Shown: positions 18,599 to 28,895, counted from the first letter of the stretch. The stretch: DNA of 64,000 bases from Candidatus Levyibacteriota bacterium (GCA_050255815.1 JBLMVJ010000035.1:10727-74726), one strand, 5' to 3'. Numbers and translations are program-made. Notes: a model not told the origin generated them from the sequence alone.

Positions 18599-19054
18599 GG
18601 TAAAGTACTGCTCTCAGAGCAAGACTACCGGAATATGTAACCCTTTTTTCAAAAGCTCCTTCAATTGCTCTTTTCCCACCTTGTCCACGGTTATCTGATA
18701 TAAATCCGTCTCAAAATTCTGCTTCTTTTTTTCTTTGGTAAACAATTTAAAGAGCTTCATAACAGATAAAGTATACCACTTCTTGTCAACTCTTTCAACC
18801 TATAGATAAACAGTCTACACCCTAGAGTTTTTAGGCATACAAAAAGGATTGTTAAATCAATGAAAAAAAATCACAGAAAAAAATGTGGATAACTTTAGGG
18901 AAAATATTTTACCTCTTGACAGAGAATGTTAACGGGTTAAAAGGTTAAGAAAATTAAAGGGTTTTAAAAAAAACGGAAAGAGTTTGGGGATAAGAAAAAT
19001 TTGAGCAAACATCCAACTCGTTAACACGTGAACACGTTAACCGGTTAATAGTTT

Positions 19055-19885
19055 TTACTCTACCATGCGGCCAAAGAAGATGCGGCCGGCATCAGTGGCT
19101 ATGACGCGGGAAACTACTACCTTTATAGTCTTATCTATGAGGTTTTCACCGTTTTCTACTACTATCATGGTACCATCAGGCAAGTACCCTACCCCCTGGT
19201 TAGGGCCTTTTCCACGTTGCACTATCTTCACAAAAAACTCTTCACCCGGAACCGCCGTAGTCTTTAAGATATTTGCCATTTCAAACAAATCTATAGACGT
19301 GGCACCGGTTATCCGGGCTTTTTTAGAGAGGTTGTAGTCACATGTAATAATCCGTCCACGGGTCTTTCTGGCATAGCCAATAATCCGTTCATCTACCGGC
19401 TTTTTTCCGTCCTCATCATCTACGTTTAGCATCTTTACCCCGCGCATCTTCCGGAAATCCTCCAGGCTCTTTAAAGCGTTCCTGCCACGTTCTTTTTTAA
19501 CGTCATCTTTAGAATCCGCAATGTTCTTTAATTCATCTAAAACACCGGAAAGGATGACGAAATTACCAATAAATACGCCAATTTTTACCAGGTCAAACAC
19601 GCGGCCGTCTATAATAGCGGATGTATCCAGAATAAAACCGGGATCTTCTTTTTCTTTACTTGACCGTTTTCTGGAAGCAGGCCTGGGGACACTCTGGACT
19701 ACCCGCTTTGCTACTTCTTCAGCAATCTGGGCAACTACTTTAGGCGGAAGTAAAATGCCCTGCACTGCCTGGCGCGCTATCCCACGCGCATTTTTATTAG
19801 ACACTATCACTTCTGGGATCTCCTCCGTGCTTTTACGAGGTTTTTTTACTGCTGTTTTTTTTGTGGATGATTTCTTAACTGCCAT
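19055..19885 (-). CDS. PIN/TRAM domain protein (YacL-like)
   Basis: Basic N-terminus, PIN-like ILDTSAIIDGR, and a C-terminal TRAM-like barrel. Sits downstream of radA, as in Firmicutes. Confidence 0.75.
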   Translation of the reverse strand: MAVKKSSTKKTAVKKPRKSTEEIPEVIVSNKNARGIARQAVQGILLPPKVVAQIAEEVAKRVVQSVPRPASRKRSSKEKEDPGFILDTSAIIDGRVFDLVKIGVFIGNFVILSGVLDELKNIADSKDDVKKERGRNALKSLEDFRKMRGVKMLNVDDEDGKKPVDERIIGYARKTRGRIITCDYNLSKKARITGATSIDLFEMANILKTTAVPGEEFFVKIVQRGKGPNQGVGYLPDGTMIVVENGENLIDKTIKVVVSRVIATDAGRIFFGRMVE

Positions 19886-20039
19886 ATGTAATTCAGCTTC
19901 AATTATAACACGTAACGTGATATATCGGAATTCAGAATTGAATCCCGTTATACCACGTAGTGGTACAGAAGCAATGCGATTCTATCATAGCTCAAACAAC
20001 GTTAGATTACGTTCTAGTCCTGAGAAGATTCTGAGAATA

Positions 20040-21434
20040 TTAGGAAAGTTTGCTAACCAGAGGTAATAATCCCTTTGCAGTTTCCATGGTCACGGCTTTA
20101 AACCCAAACTTCTTTGCCTCCTTGATACGTTTTTCCAGGTTCATAACCTTCTTAATCTCTCCCAACAGGCCTACCTCTGCTATGGCAGCAGTTTTAGCAA
20201 GCGATTTTCCTTTCAGGGAGCTTATGATAGACAGGCACACTGCCAGGTCTGAAGCCGGCTCTGATATCTTAAAGCCACCTACTACATTTACGTACACATC
20301 ATACTTATCCAGCGGCAGCTTTCCATGTTTCTGCAGGATAGCCAGCAAGAGTTCCAGGCGTTTCTCTGAAACACCGTTTGCAACGCGGCGGGGAAAAGCC
20401 AGGCTGGAATGGATTACTAATGCTTGTATCTCTACTAAAATAGGTCTGCTCCCCTCCATGATAACTGCTACACAAGAACCGGGGGAAGCAACAGAGTCAC
20501 CCATGAACAATTCAGACAAGTCTGTAATTTGTTTAAGGCCATATTCTTCCATACCAAATATTCCCACCTCTGAGGTATCCCCAAACCTGTTTTTAAATGC
20601 CCGTAGAATACGCACTCCGGTCATTTTCTCTCCTTCCAGGTATAACACGGTATCAACCATATGGGACAACATCATAGGGCCTGCCACCATCCCTTCCTTA
20701 GTCACATGGCCTATGAGAAAAACCGGGGTGTGAGTAGTCTTTGCAAAAGCTACAAGCCTACCCGTAGCATGGCGCACCTGGGGAATAGAACCTGCATAAC
20801 CGGGGACGTCCCCACTCTCCATAGTCTGGATTGAGTCAATGATCAGCAGGTCAAAGTGTTCTTGCTGTGCCTGCTCCAGGGCTAAATCTATGTCTGAGGT
20901 AGCTAAGATAAATAAATTTTCCGAGTTAGTTTTCCTGTCTTTTTGCAGCCTTTGTGCCCGGAGAGTAACTTGCGCTTCAGATTCTTCACCGGTAACATAC
21001 AGTATCTTGCGGGTGGCGGGTAGCGAGTGGCTTGTAGTTTTCTCACCACCTGCTACGTGCCCTTTGCTATCTGCCAGGTTAAGCGCCGTCTGTAAAAGTA
21101 TTGTTGACTTACCAACCCCCGGATCTCCTGAAAGTAAGACTACGGAACCGGGGACAATCCCGGCTCTGGCCTCCTCCCCCAAAACTCTATCAAACTCTGA
21201 GAACCCCGTAGAAAACCGCTCTACCAAATTTACTTTCACATCACTTATCCTGGTCGGCTTTGCTGAGGAAACGAATTTGGAACTGTGACTCTTTGCCCCT
21301 CTGCCCCTCTGACTCTCAGAAGTCTTAAACTCTTTCATGGTATTCCATTCCCCACACTCCGGGCATTTTCCGTACCATTTTTGCGAGTCGTATCCGCAAC
21401 TACTGCAGACGAATGAAATATTAGTTTTAGACAT
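20040..21434 (-). CDS. radA: DNA repair protein RadA/Sms
   Basis: N-terminal zinc ribbon CSSCGYDSQKWYGKCPECGEWNT, Walker A GDPGVGKST, KNRFG motif, and a Lon-like C-terminus. Confidence 0.9.
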   Translation of the reverse strand: MSKTNISFVCSSCGYDSQKWYGKCPECGEWNTMKEFKTSESQRGRGAKSHSSKFVSSAKPTRISDVKVNLVERFSTGFSEFDRVLGEEARAGIVPGSVVLLSGDPGVGKSTILLQTALNLADSKGHVAGGEKTTSHSLPATRKILYVTGEESEAQVTLRAQRLQKDRKTNSENLFILATSDIDLALEQAQQEHFDLLIIDSIQTMESGDVPGYAGSIPQVRHATGRLVAFAKTTHTPVFLIGHVTKEGMVAGPMMLSHMVDTVLYLEGEKMTGVRILRAFKNRFGDTSEVGIFGMEEYGLKQITDLSELFMGDSVASPGSCVAVIMEGSRPILVEIQALVIHSSLAFPRRVANGVSEKRLELLLAILQKHGKLPLDKYDVYVNVVGGFKISEPASDLAVCLSIISSLKGKSLAKTAAIAEVGLLGEIKKVMNLEKRIKEAKKFGFKAVTMETAKGLLPLVSKLS

Positions 21435-21445
21435 ATTTCCGAGGG

Positions 21446-21510
21446 AATTTAGAGTCTAGAATTCAGATTTCAGAATTAAATTTTGAATTCTAAATTTTGA
21501 ATTCTAAATT
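21446..21510. repeat. AT-rich GAATTC/TAGAAT spacer repeat (S1-radA spacer)
   Basis: Shares aatttagagtYtagaatt and attctaaattc with 42790-42841. Also shares a 22-nt exact match (21458-21479) with the reverse complement of 34518-34539, inside a 23S intron. Confidence 0.6.
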
Positions 21511-22596
21511 CTACCGGTATCCTACGAAGGTCTTCGTAACAATAGGAGATAATACAACTACTCTCTTTTTGGTATCAACTTCTACCACTTCTGCACTTAC
21601 AGACTGTCCTGGTTCATAGGTGGTACCTGCAGGAATCTTGCTGGAAGAAATAAATCCATTTACACCGTCTCCCAGTTTAACAGTCACACCCTTTGACCTT
21701 ACATCTGAAACGGTCCCGGTTACTTTCTCTTCCGGCTTAAACTTCTCTGCTGCTTTAGCAAATGAGTCGTTGAGCAGAGATTTTACTGAAAGGTTTACCC
21801 TCCTGTTCTCTGCGTCTACGCTTAACACTACCGCCTCAAATGCATCACCTTTTTTATATAAATCATTTAAGTTCTCTACCCTCTCATGGGAAATCTCAGA
21901 AATATGGATAAAACCTTCGGTAAGTTTTCCTTCTGTTGCCTGCGTAGTCACATACACACCATATGATGCAACCTGGGAAACAGTTACCGGCACTTTTTTA
22001 TCTTTGGGGAAAAGTTTGCGCAAAATCTCTGCATCAGTTACATATGAAACAGCTTTCTGGGAAAAAATAGCCCTCTTTTTTGTTTTGTCAGACTCAATAA
22101 TTTTTACTTCTATAGTTTTGCCGCTTAGGTTCTCTCCGTCAAGCACCTGTGAGTTAGGAAGAAAACCGCGGATGCCATTTTCTGCTTCAACAAAAAATCC
22201 GCCGCGGGTAGGTTCTAAAACTTTCACGCTTACGGTCAGGTTATCTGCCAGTGCCTTGTCTAAATTAGAGAAAATGAGGTTGCCCAGCGTACGGCGCAGA
22301 GAAACAACAGGAAAACCCTCTTCTGCTTCAGGAGAAATAACAACAGCTTTTACTTTTTCTCCTACTTTCAGCATGGAAAGCAGGTGGTTGAGGTTATTTT
22401 TATCAACTTCCAGAACTAATGCATCTGATTTTGCACCAATATCTAAAAGGATTTCTTGGGGAGTGAGTTTTTTAACGGTTCCTTCTACTTCCTCACCTTT
22501 TTTAAACACCTTAAAACTTGAGGATGACCTGGCCATGAGCTCAGCCATGGAAGAAGCATGTCCTGGATTAGATGCGTTTTTGCTTGAAGTTGGCAC
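21511..22596 (-). CDS. rpsA: 30S ribosomal protein S1 (four S1 domains)
   Basis: Repeated S1-fold motifs (GEEVEGTV, GFLPNSQ, EGFIHISE, VTGTVSDV). The listed start is GTG 22596; ATG 22548 (MAELM) may be the true start. Confidence 0.75.
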   Translation of the reverse strand: MPTSSKNASNPGHASSMAELMARSSSSFKVFKKGEEVEGTVKKLTPQEILLDIGAKSDALVLEVDKNNLNHLLSMLKVGEKVKAVVISPEAEEGFPVVSLRRTLGNLIFSNLDKALADNLTVSVKVLEPTRGGFFVEAENGIRGFLPNSQVLDGENLSGKTIEVKIIESDKTKKRAIFSQKAVSYVTDAEILRKLFPKDKKVPVTVSQVASYGVYVTTQATEGKLTEGFIHISEISHERVENLNDLYKKGDAFEAVVLSVDAENRRVNLSVKSLLNDSFAKAAEKFKPEEKVTGTVSDVRSKGVTVKLGDGVNGFISSSKIPAGTTYEPGQSVSAEVVEVDTKKRVVVLSPIVTKTFVGYR

Positions 22597-22695
22597 TTAG
22601 TAATTCCCCTTTCATAATTAGAATGATACATTCTACCACAGGAAGAACCTATCCGCAAGGAAATTCCAAAGCTCTTATTTCCCTTCTGATCGATC

Positions 22696-22753
22696 CCTTC
22701 CAATTCCATCACTTGAAACAGAACCCATGAGAAACGAGTGAACGAGCGCCCGG
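22696..22753. repeat. copy C of the ~55-nt intergenic repeat family
   Basis: ccttccaattccatcacttgaaacagaacccatgagaaacgagtgaacgagcgcccgg aligns with copies A and B. Confidence 0.5.
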
Positions 22754-22881
22754 AAAGAACACACATGAGGGACTGTTGCGAAGCGGTTCTTTCAGTGAGT
22801 GAACGAGTTTTGAATGGATGAATGGTTCATCGTGATGGCAGTTTTTGCTCAACTTTTTGCTGCCAAAAAGTTGAAAGAAAC

Positions 22882-23343
22882 CTAAATGAACCTAAAAAGA
22901 ATCACGTAGAGGATAAAAACTGTGGCCACTTGTGTCACTATGCCCCACGGCTGGTCCAGGCGGGAATTAATAAGATGCTGCACTTTATACATCCATTTGG
23001 ACCATTGGGAGAATACATTATTAGTCCGCAAAATAAGGTACGGTGCCGTAATCCAGTCAGGCAGCTGGGCGGCAATAACAGAAGCAAACAAAAGTATACT
23101 GTCTGTCCCCCCTAAAACCCCATGGTACAGTACATAAGCTGACAGAAAGCTAATCCCCACGTCTATACCGGATTCTATGACAAGCGCCTGCTTAGTCTTA
23201 TCCCGGTGGTGGAGTCCGGTATCCCAGTGGGGAATTAAATCTAGCGCAAAATGGGAAACAAAAGAGGCTGGGATTGCTACATATGGGTTGTGGAATTTTG
23301 CGGCAATAAGTGCTGCAACTAACGCGTGTCCGGTGGCTGTCAT
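22882..23343 (-). CDS. membrane-bound metal-dependent hydrolase, YdjM/DUF457-like
   Basis: Begins MTATGH. HFALDLIPHWD motif. Four hydrophobic segments. Confidence 0.5.
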   Translation of the reverse strand: MTATGHALVAALIAAKFHNPYVAIPASFVSHFALDLIPHWDTGLHHRDKTKQALVIESGIDVGISFLSAYVLYHGVLGGTDSILLFASVIAAQLPDWITAPYLILRTNNVFSQWSKWMYKVQHLINSRLDQPWGIVTQVATVFILYVILFRFI

Positions 23344-23641
23344 GCGATCAATTATATCAGATTTCAGATAACACTGGTCTTCTTCCCGTCATAATTCTGT
23401 CAAGATTTAATAACTTCAATAAGGCAAAATAATCTTCTATGAACAGCTATGAATTAGGGAAAAACATTGGACAAGCACAGGATAAAGGTATTGAACATAG
23501 GCTTTCTCCACCCAGGCCAGGCATAGAAACAAGAAGAATGACGACAAGGGCTGTAATAGATGTACTATTACTCAGAGAAAGAGGGATTACTCTTGGGAAA
23601 CCTTCTGCCAAGAGGGTTAAATAATCTGCTAAAATATCCTC

Positions 23642-24241
23642 ATGGATCTTTTGATAGGGGTTGTCATCCTCATTTTCTCTGCTATTTTACATGAGGTTAT
23701 GCACGGATGGGTAGCTGATAAGTTAGGCGACCCTACGGCCCGGCTCATGGGGCGCTTGACCCTCAATCCCATCCCCCACATAGACCCGCTCATGAGCGTT
23801 GTCATTCCCATTATTCTGATTCTGGCACACTCCCCTATTATTTTTGGGGCTGCAAAACCGGTCCCGGTAAATCCTATGCATTTGCATGACGGGAAAAAAG
23901 ATTTTGCACTGGTAGGACTAGCGGGTCCGTTAACTAATGCAGTTATTGCAATTATTGCAGCCGGCCTTTTACACATAGTTCCTGCTGATAACTTCATTGC
24001 CTATATATTATCCCTGGTAGTCCTCTATAACCTCATCCTGGCTTTTATCAACCTAATCCCTATCCCGCCACTAGATGGATCACGGGTCATCACATTCTTG
24101 CTCCCTGACGATCTGGCACGCAAGTACCTTTCTATAGAGTCTTTTGGTATTGTCATCTTATTCCTTCTTCTGTCGTTTACTAATCTGGGAGCTGTCCTTT
24201 TCAACCTCATCACCTTCTCCATGCACTTATTAGGTTTGTAG
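23642..24241 (+). CDS. M50 family (site-2 protease-like) membrane zinc metalloprotease
   Basis: HEVMHG zinc motif in TM1 and NLIPIPPLDG motif. Confidence 0.7.
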   Translation: MDLLIGVVILIFSAILHEVMHGWVADKLGDPTARLMGRLTLNPIPHIDPLMSVVIPIILILAHSPIIFGAAKPVPVNPMHLHDGKKDFALVGLAGPLTNAVIAIIAAGLLHIVPADNFIAYILSLVVLYNLILAFINLIPIPPLDGSRVITFLLPDDLARKYLSIESFGIVILFLLLSFTNLGAVLFNLITFSMHLLGL

Positions 24242-24270
24242 TTGCAAGAAAATACACAGTCTTGTACCAT
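24242..24270 (+). promoter_or_regulatory. sigma70-like promoter abutting the enolase start
   Basis: TTGCAA at 24242-24247, 17-nt spacer, TACCAT at 24265-24270, then 8 nt to the ATG at 24279. Confidence 0.4.
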
Positions 24271-24278
24271 TAGTTCAG

Positions 24279-25529
24279 ATGAAAATTACTGATATCAAAG
24301 CGCTTGAAATCCTTGACTCCCGCGGCAACCCCACCGTACGCACTTTTTTGCAAACTGAGGATAACTCCTGGCATGTTGGATCTGTCCCTTCCGGCGCCTC
24401 TACCGGATCTAATGAAGTCTTGGAGCTGCGTGACAATGATGAGAAGCGGTATGGCGGGAAAGGTGTCCAGAAAGCCGTAGAGAACGTAAATACAAAGATC
24501 AAAGACCTGGTCAAAGACCAGGAAACAGACCCTAAAGAGATAGACAAAAAAATGCTGGAGCTCGATGGTACCGGGGATAAATCAAACCTGGGTGCAAATG
24601 CAATACTGTCAGTTTCCATGGCAGTGACCCACGCTGCCGCACACTCTTCCCACCTGCCTCTTTGGCAATATGTAAGGCAATACTTCTTCCCCAACCTGAA
24701 TAACCTGGAAGCAAATAAATTTCCCCAGCTTATGGTGAACATAGTAAACGGTGGCAAGCATGCAGGCTGGAACTTTGACCTGCAGGAATTTATGGTAGTA
24801 CCGGTCTCCGCTACTCCCTCTGAGAGTATCAGGGTTGCCTCTGAAGTCTTCCATTCACTTGGGAAATTACTGAAGGAGAAAAATCTTTCCACTTTAGTGG
24901 GTGATGAAGGCGGCTATTCCCCTGCTTTAGGTTCTAATGAAGAAGTATTGGATACCATAACAGAAGCAGCAAAACGCGCTGGATATGAAAGAGGAAAAGA
25001 CTACCGCCTTTCTCTAGACTGTGCTGCATCCGAGTTTTTTGAGGACGGCAAATATATATTTAAGAAGGCAAATAAAACGTTAAACGGGGAAGAACTCAGG
25101 AATTATTATAAGGAGCTGGGGCAAAAATATGGAATACTTTCTTTTGAAGACCCCTTTGATGAAGATGACTGGGATTCTTGGAAGGCATTCCAGGAAACTT
25201 CTGGCTCGGAATTCACCTTAATAGGAGATGACCTGTTTACTACAAATCCTGAGCGAATTAAACACGGAATAGAAATGAAAGCCGCAAACGGGGTTTTAAT
25301 CAAGTTAAACCAGATAGGCACGGTGTCTGAAACCGCAGAAGCAATACGGCTAGGAAAAGATGCGGGCTGGAAGATAGCCGTCTCCCACCGGTCAGGAGAA
25401 ACAGAAGATAATTTTATTGCAGATTTAGCTTATGCCAGCAACGCTGACTTTATCAAATCCGGCTCCATGAGCAGATCTGAAAGACTTTCCAAATACAACC
25501 GCCTCCTGGAAATAGAAAAAGGTATCTAG
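24279..25529 (+). CDS. eno: enolase
   Basis: MKITDIKALEILDSRGNPTV N-terminus, SHRSGETED motif, 416 aa. Confidence 0.92.
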   Translation: MKITDIKALEILDSRGNPTVRTFLQTEDNSWHVGSVPSGASTGSNEVLELRDNDEKRYGGKGVQKAVENVNTKIKDLVKDQETDPKEIDKKMLELDGTGDKSNLGANAILSVSMAVTHAAAHSSHLPLWQYVRQYFFPNLNNLEANKFPQLMVNIVNGGKHAGWNFDLQEFMVVPVSATPSESIRVASEVFHSLGKLLKEKNLSTLVGDEGGYSPALGSNEEVLDTITEAAKRAGYERGKDYRLSLDCAASEFFEDGKYIFKKANKTLNGEELRNYYKELGQKYGILSFEDPFDEDDWDSWKAFQETSGSEFTLIGDDLFTTNPERIKHGIEMKAANGVLIKLNQIGTVSETAEAIRLGKDAGWKIAVSHRSGETEDNFIADLAYASNADFIKSGSMSRSERLSKYNRLLEIEKGI

Positions 25530-25573
25530 ATCCCTTGCTTTATACTTAATACATACTACATAATACTTAATAC

Positions 25574-26203
25574 ATGTCTTACCTGGTTTTAGTCCGTCAT
25601 GGATTATCTGAGTACAATAAAAAGGGCTTATGGACCGGATGGACTGATGTATCACTGGCGCCGGAAGGGATTGAACAGGCTAAAAAAACCGGCGAAGAAT
25701 TAAAAGACATCCGCATAGATTACGCTTACACCTCTGATTTAAAAAGGACCCAGGAAACGTTACACGAAATTCTACAGGTTATCGGCCAGTTTCCGGAAAT
25801 AACTTCAGATAAAGCCTTTAATGAGCGTAATTACGGAATCTACACTGGACGCAACAAATGGGATGTAAAAAAAGAGGTTGGGGAGGAAAAGTTTTTAGAT
25901 ATCAGAAGAGTTTATGATTACTCCATTCCTGAAGGGGAATCTTTAAAGCAGGTTTATGAACGCGAAGTGCCATATTATAAAGCGGAGATTGAACCAAAAC
26001 TCATGGCAGGTAAAAATGTTGTGATTGCATCCTCCGGAAATCCATTGCGGGCGTTGGTTAAATACCTGGAAAATATTTCAGACGAGGACATAGACAAGCT
26101 TGAAATAGGAACAGGCGAAGCATATGTTTACCAGATAGATTCCAATGGCAAAGTAATTAATAAGGAAATCAGAGGTAAAAATCCCATGGCAGGAAAGGTA
26201 TAG
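25574..26203 (+). CDS. gpmA: 2,3-bisphosphoglycerate-dependent phosphoglycerate mutase-like histidine phosphatase
   Basis: LVRHGLSEYNKKGLWTGWTDV (RHG motif). Adjacent to eno. Confidence 0.75.
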   Translation: MSYLVLVRHGLSEYNKKGLWTGWTDVSLAPEGIEQAKKTGEELKDIRIDYAYTSDLKRTQETLHEILQVIGQFPEITSDKAFNERNYGIYTGRNKWDVKKEVGEEKFLDIRRVYDYSIPEGESLKQVYEREVPYYKAEIEPKLMAGKNVVIASSGNPLRALVKYLENISDEDIDKLEIGTGEAYVYQIDSNGKVINKEIRGKNPMAGKV

Positions 26204-26944
26204 TTACTTCTGAGGTACTGCGGCTTGAATCTCCGGCTTCACCATAGTGTATGGAAGCGTTATGAGTTTATTGTCTGCCTTAATCCGCAGCTCATCCTGC
26301 TTATTAAACTTCACAAATTTCTCAGCAACAAAAACGTTCACATCCCTACCCTCCTTATTAGTACCGGTAACTTTTACCCACTCCTTCTTTCCGTCCTGAT
26401 CATATAATCCTCCATAAACCTCTACCATTTTTAAATCATCAAGCTTAATACCCAGCTTCTCAACATCCTGTTGGGACATAACTGAACCATCCACTCTTGG
26501 CTCTAAATGGAATATAGGAGCTTGGTACTCTGCTTTCGTAGTAATATTTCCGCTAATAGGAATCTCTCCTATGGATCCTCCTCTATAAACTATTCCATCT
26601 CTTCCTGTATTTGGATCCGTAGCTATGGCTTCCGGCCTAGGATCCCCAAATTTATGGCCTTCTGACGCTAGGCTTTCTGCAAGGGCATTAGTATCTGCTT
26701 CCTGCTGTGTAGTGAGTCCTATTTGGGTAATATGGGAGGCTGCAGAATCTATGGTGCCCGCAGCGTCCCCTATAGGTCCTGAGGCAACCTTTACCCCGCC
26801 TATTCCGAGCGCTGCAATAAAAGCTGCTACGGTTAACTTTGCTTTTTCTGAAAAACGAGGTTTCCGGGGGCTTGAAATGTCCCGGGCATTCTCCATTTTA
26901 AAGCTGGGGCGCCTATCCCCTACTGTGTCTACCATACCTACCAT
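26204..26944 (-). CDS. hypothetical membrane-anchored protein
   Basis: Single N-terminal TM segment (LTVAAFIAALGIGGV). No family recognised. Confidence 0.5.
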   Translation of the reverse strand: MVGMVDTVGDRRPSFKMENARDISSPRKPRFSEKAKLTVAAFIAALGIGGVKVASGPIGDAAGTIDSAASHITQIGLTTQQEADTNALAESLASEGHKFGDPRPEAIATDPNTGRDGIVYRGGSIGEIPISGNITTKAEYQAPIFHLEPRVDGSVMSQQDVEKLGIKLDDLKMVEVYGGLYDQDGKKEWVKVTGTNKEGRDVNVFVAEKFVKFNKQDELRIKADNKLITLPYTMVKPEIQAAVPQK

Positions 26945-26984
26945 CCTACCTTTTTAGCTCTTCCGGTGTCAAGCTGGTAGATAA

Positions 26985-27983
26985 ATGCAGTATAATATTC
27001 CCATGTCTCCCATCATTTCAGTTGACCATCTAGTAAAAACATATAAAGTCCACAAGAAAGACCCGGGGTTTATGGGATCCGTAAAGTCTTTAGTAAACAG
27101 AAAATATGAACAGGTCCATGCGGTAAAAGATATTTCTTTTGAGATAAATCCCGGAGAGCTGGTAGGCTTTATAGGGCCTAATGGTGCAGGAAAAACTACC
27201 ACGCTGAAATGTCTGTCCGGTTTGCTTTTTCCCAGTGCCGGAAAGGTTGAAGTATTAGGATATGAACCTTTCCAAAGAAAAACCCCTTTTCTGAAGCAGA
27301 TTGCCCTGGTCATGGGACAGAAAAACCAGCTCTGGTGGGACCTTCCCCCTACAGAAACTTTTATCTTAAATAAGGAAATATATGAGGTGCCGGAGAAGCG
27401 GTTCAAAGAAACACTGAATGATTTAGTGGAACTCTTAGATGTAAAGGACGTGTTGAATATTCAGGTCCGGAAGTTATCTCTAGGGCAACGCATGAAATGT
27501 GAGCTAATTGCTGCCCTTCTCCACTCCCCTAAGGTTTTATTTTTAGACGAGCCAACCATAGGACTGGATGTAGTAATGCAGAAAAAACTCCGCGACTTTA
27601 TTAAACAATACAATGAAAAATACAACGCCACTATTATTTTGACCAGTCATTATATGGAGGATGTGCGGCAGCTATGTGAGCGAGTCATAGTCATAGACCA
27701 TGGAATGCTGCTGTTTGACGGAAGATTAGACGCGCTGGTGAAAGAATACACCCAGCACAAACTGATCTCTATAGTGTTTGAGAAAAAAGTGGAACGAAAG
27801 GATCTGGAAAAGTTAGGAACAGTACTGGAATATGACTTTCCAAAGGTTATCCTTTCCGTAAACCGCAAAGATTCCAACCAGGCTACTTCAAAACTCCTGA
27901 AAGACTTCCCCGTTGCGGATTTAAATATCCAGGAACCGGATATAGAAGACATCATTAGAGAGGTCTTTTCAAGAAAGAAATAA
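26985..27983 (+). CDS. ABC transporter ATP-binding protein (ABC-2 type system)
   Basis: Walker A GPNGAGKTT, signature LSLGQRM, Walker B LFLDEPT. Confidence 0.85.
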   Translation: MQYNIPMSPIISVDHLVKTYKVHKKDPGFMGSVKSLVNRKYEQVHAVKDISFEINPGELVGFIGPNGAGKTTTLKCLSGLLFPSAGKVEVLGYEPFQRKTPFLKQIALVMGQKNQLWWDLPPTETFILNKEIYEVPEKRFKETLNDLVELLDVKDVLNIQVRKLSLGQRMKCELIAALLHSPKVLFLDEPTIGLDVVMQKKLRDFIKQYNEKYNATIILTSHYMEDVRQLCERVIVIDHGMLLFDGRLDALVKEYTQHKLISIVFEKKVERKDLEKLGTVLEYDFPKVILSVNRKDSNQATSKLLKDFPVADLNIQEPDIEDIIREVFSRKK

Positions 27984-27986
27984 ACC

Positions 27987-28040
27987 AAGAAATTCAGTAG
28001 AAATAGATAGAAATTCATAGAAACTAAATTGTATTTATTG
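27987..28040. repeat. degenerate copy of the 74-nt GAAATT-rich element
   Basis: agaaattcagtagaaatagatagaaattcatagaaactaaattgtatttattg resembles the 5' two-thirds of 29685-29758. Confidence 0.4.
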
Positions 28041-28093
28041 CTGCACTTCAGTTTCTACCAATTTCAACTAATAGCTACCATTTTCTATGCCTT

Positions 28094-28894
28094 ATGTTGC
28101 GCAGTCTGAAATTATTTTTAGTAGAATGCCAGCTGGTGATTGAGGTAAAAAGCCTCTCCGTAGTGTGGTTTTTAGCCTCCATTTCAGGATCTATCCTTAT
28201 GATTATCTTCTGGACCGGTGTTACCAGCGCAAACGGCGGCTCCATTTCCGGCTGGAACACGGGAAGTTTTGCCACGTACTACCTCCTGGTTGCTCTGGCG
28301 GGGTCTCTCTTTATAGCCCATATAGAAGAAAATGTTTCCTTTCAAGATATCCAAAGAGGTGAGCTCTCTATGTATCTTTTGAAACCCTTCCCTTATTTTA
28401 GGTTTAAGCTGCTGATTGAGCTCCCCTGGCGCTTCATGCAAGGTGCTTTTGCCATTATAAGCATGATTTTAGTATTTCTGCTGGTTCCTCACCTGATCCA
28501 GATCACCCTTTCCCCGGTCCTGCTTCCTATGGCAATTTTATTAGTTTTCAGCGCCTTTTTATTGTCATTTACTTTCAAAATGTGCCTGGGGCTTCTGGCT
28601 TTCTGGTTTACAGAAATCAACTCACTCCTGCAGCTGACTGAAATTATTCTTACCCTCTGCGCAGGCTTCATAGTGCCATTGGTGTTCCTCCCAAATTATT
28701 TGCAAACCCTTTTTAATATCCTTCCGTTCTCTTACATGGTCTACTACCCTATCCTGGCACTTTTAGGAAAACTTAACCCAGACCAAGAAATACGAGTGTT
28801 TGGTATACAAATGTTGTGGACCTTTTTATTCTATCTACTCTATAAATTTCTCTGGAGGAAAGGAAGGCTGAAATTTACTGCCGTAGGACACTAA
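28094..28894 (+). CDS. ABC-2 type transporter permease (type 1 of a pair)
   Basis: Six TM segments. Resembles the 29793-30587 product; both end in an aromatic/basic tail (KFTAVGH versus KLYGAQGR). Confidence 0.7.
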   Translation: MLRSLKLFLVECQLVIEVKSLSVVWFLASISGSILMIIFWTGVTSANGGSISGWNTGSFATYYLLVALAGSLFIAHIEENVSFQDIQRGELSMYLLKPFPYFRFKLLIELPWRFMQGAFAIISMILVFLLVPHLIQITLSPVLLPMAILLVFSAFLLSFTFKMCLGLLAFWFTEINSLLQLTEIILTLCAGFIVPLVFLPNYLQTLFNILPFSYMVYYPILALLGKLNPDQEIRVFGIQMLWTFLFYLLYKFLWRKGRLKFTAVGH

Positions 28895-28895
28895 T

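Noticed and set aside
18134-19054. RNase P RNA, tmRNA, SRP RNA or 6S RNA in the 0.9 kb non-coding gap
   Set aside because: I looked on both strands for GGAAAGUCCGG / ACAGAANNCGGCUUA (RNase P), a tRNA-like 3' end and tag ORF (tmRNA), and GGAAGCAGCC (SRP), and found none. The candidates there are reported as unclassified.
21620-22600. Very long antisense ORFs opposite real genes: 326 aa opposite S1, 271 aa opposite the ligase (49591-50406), 227 aa opposite radA (20050-20733), 205 aa opposite eno (24275-24892), 181 aa opposite PIN/TRAM (19521-20066)
   Set aside because: The sense-strand products carry clear family motifs, while the antisense products are Ser/Phe/Thr-rich with no motifs. Low Tyr/His/Gln usage in the sense genes removes antisense stops in that frame. 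I considered overlapping genes or an alternative code but found no support.
23439-23624. 61-aa ORF in the divergent promoter region between the YdjM-like and M50 genes
   Set aside because: It has no recognisable features and sits where promoters for both flanking genes are expected.
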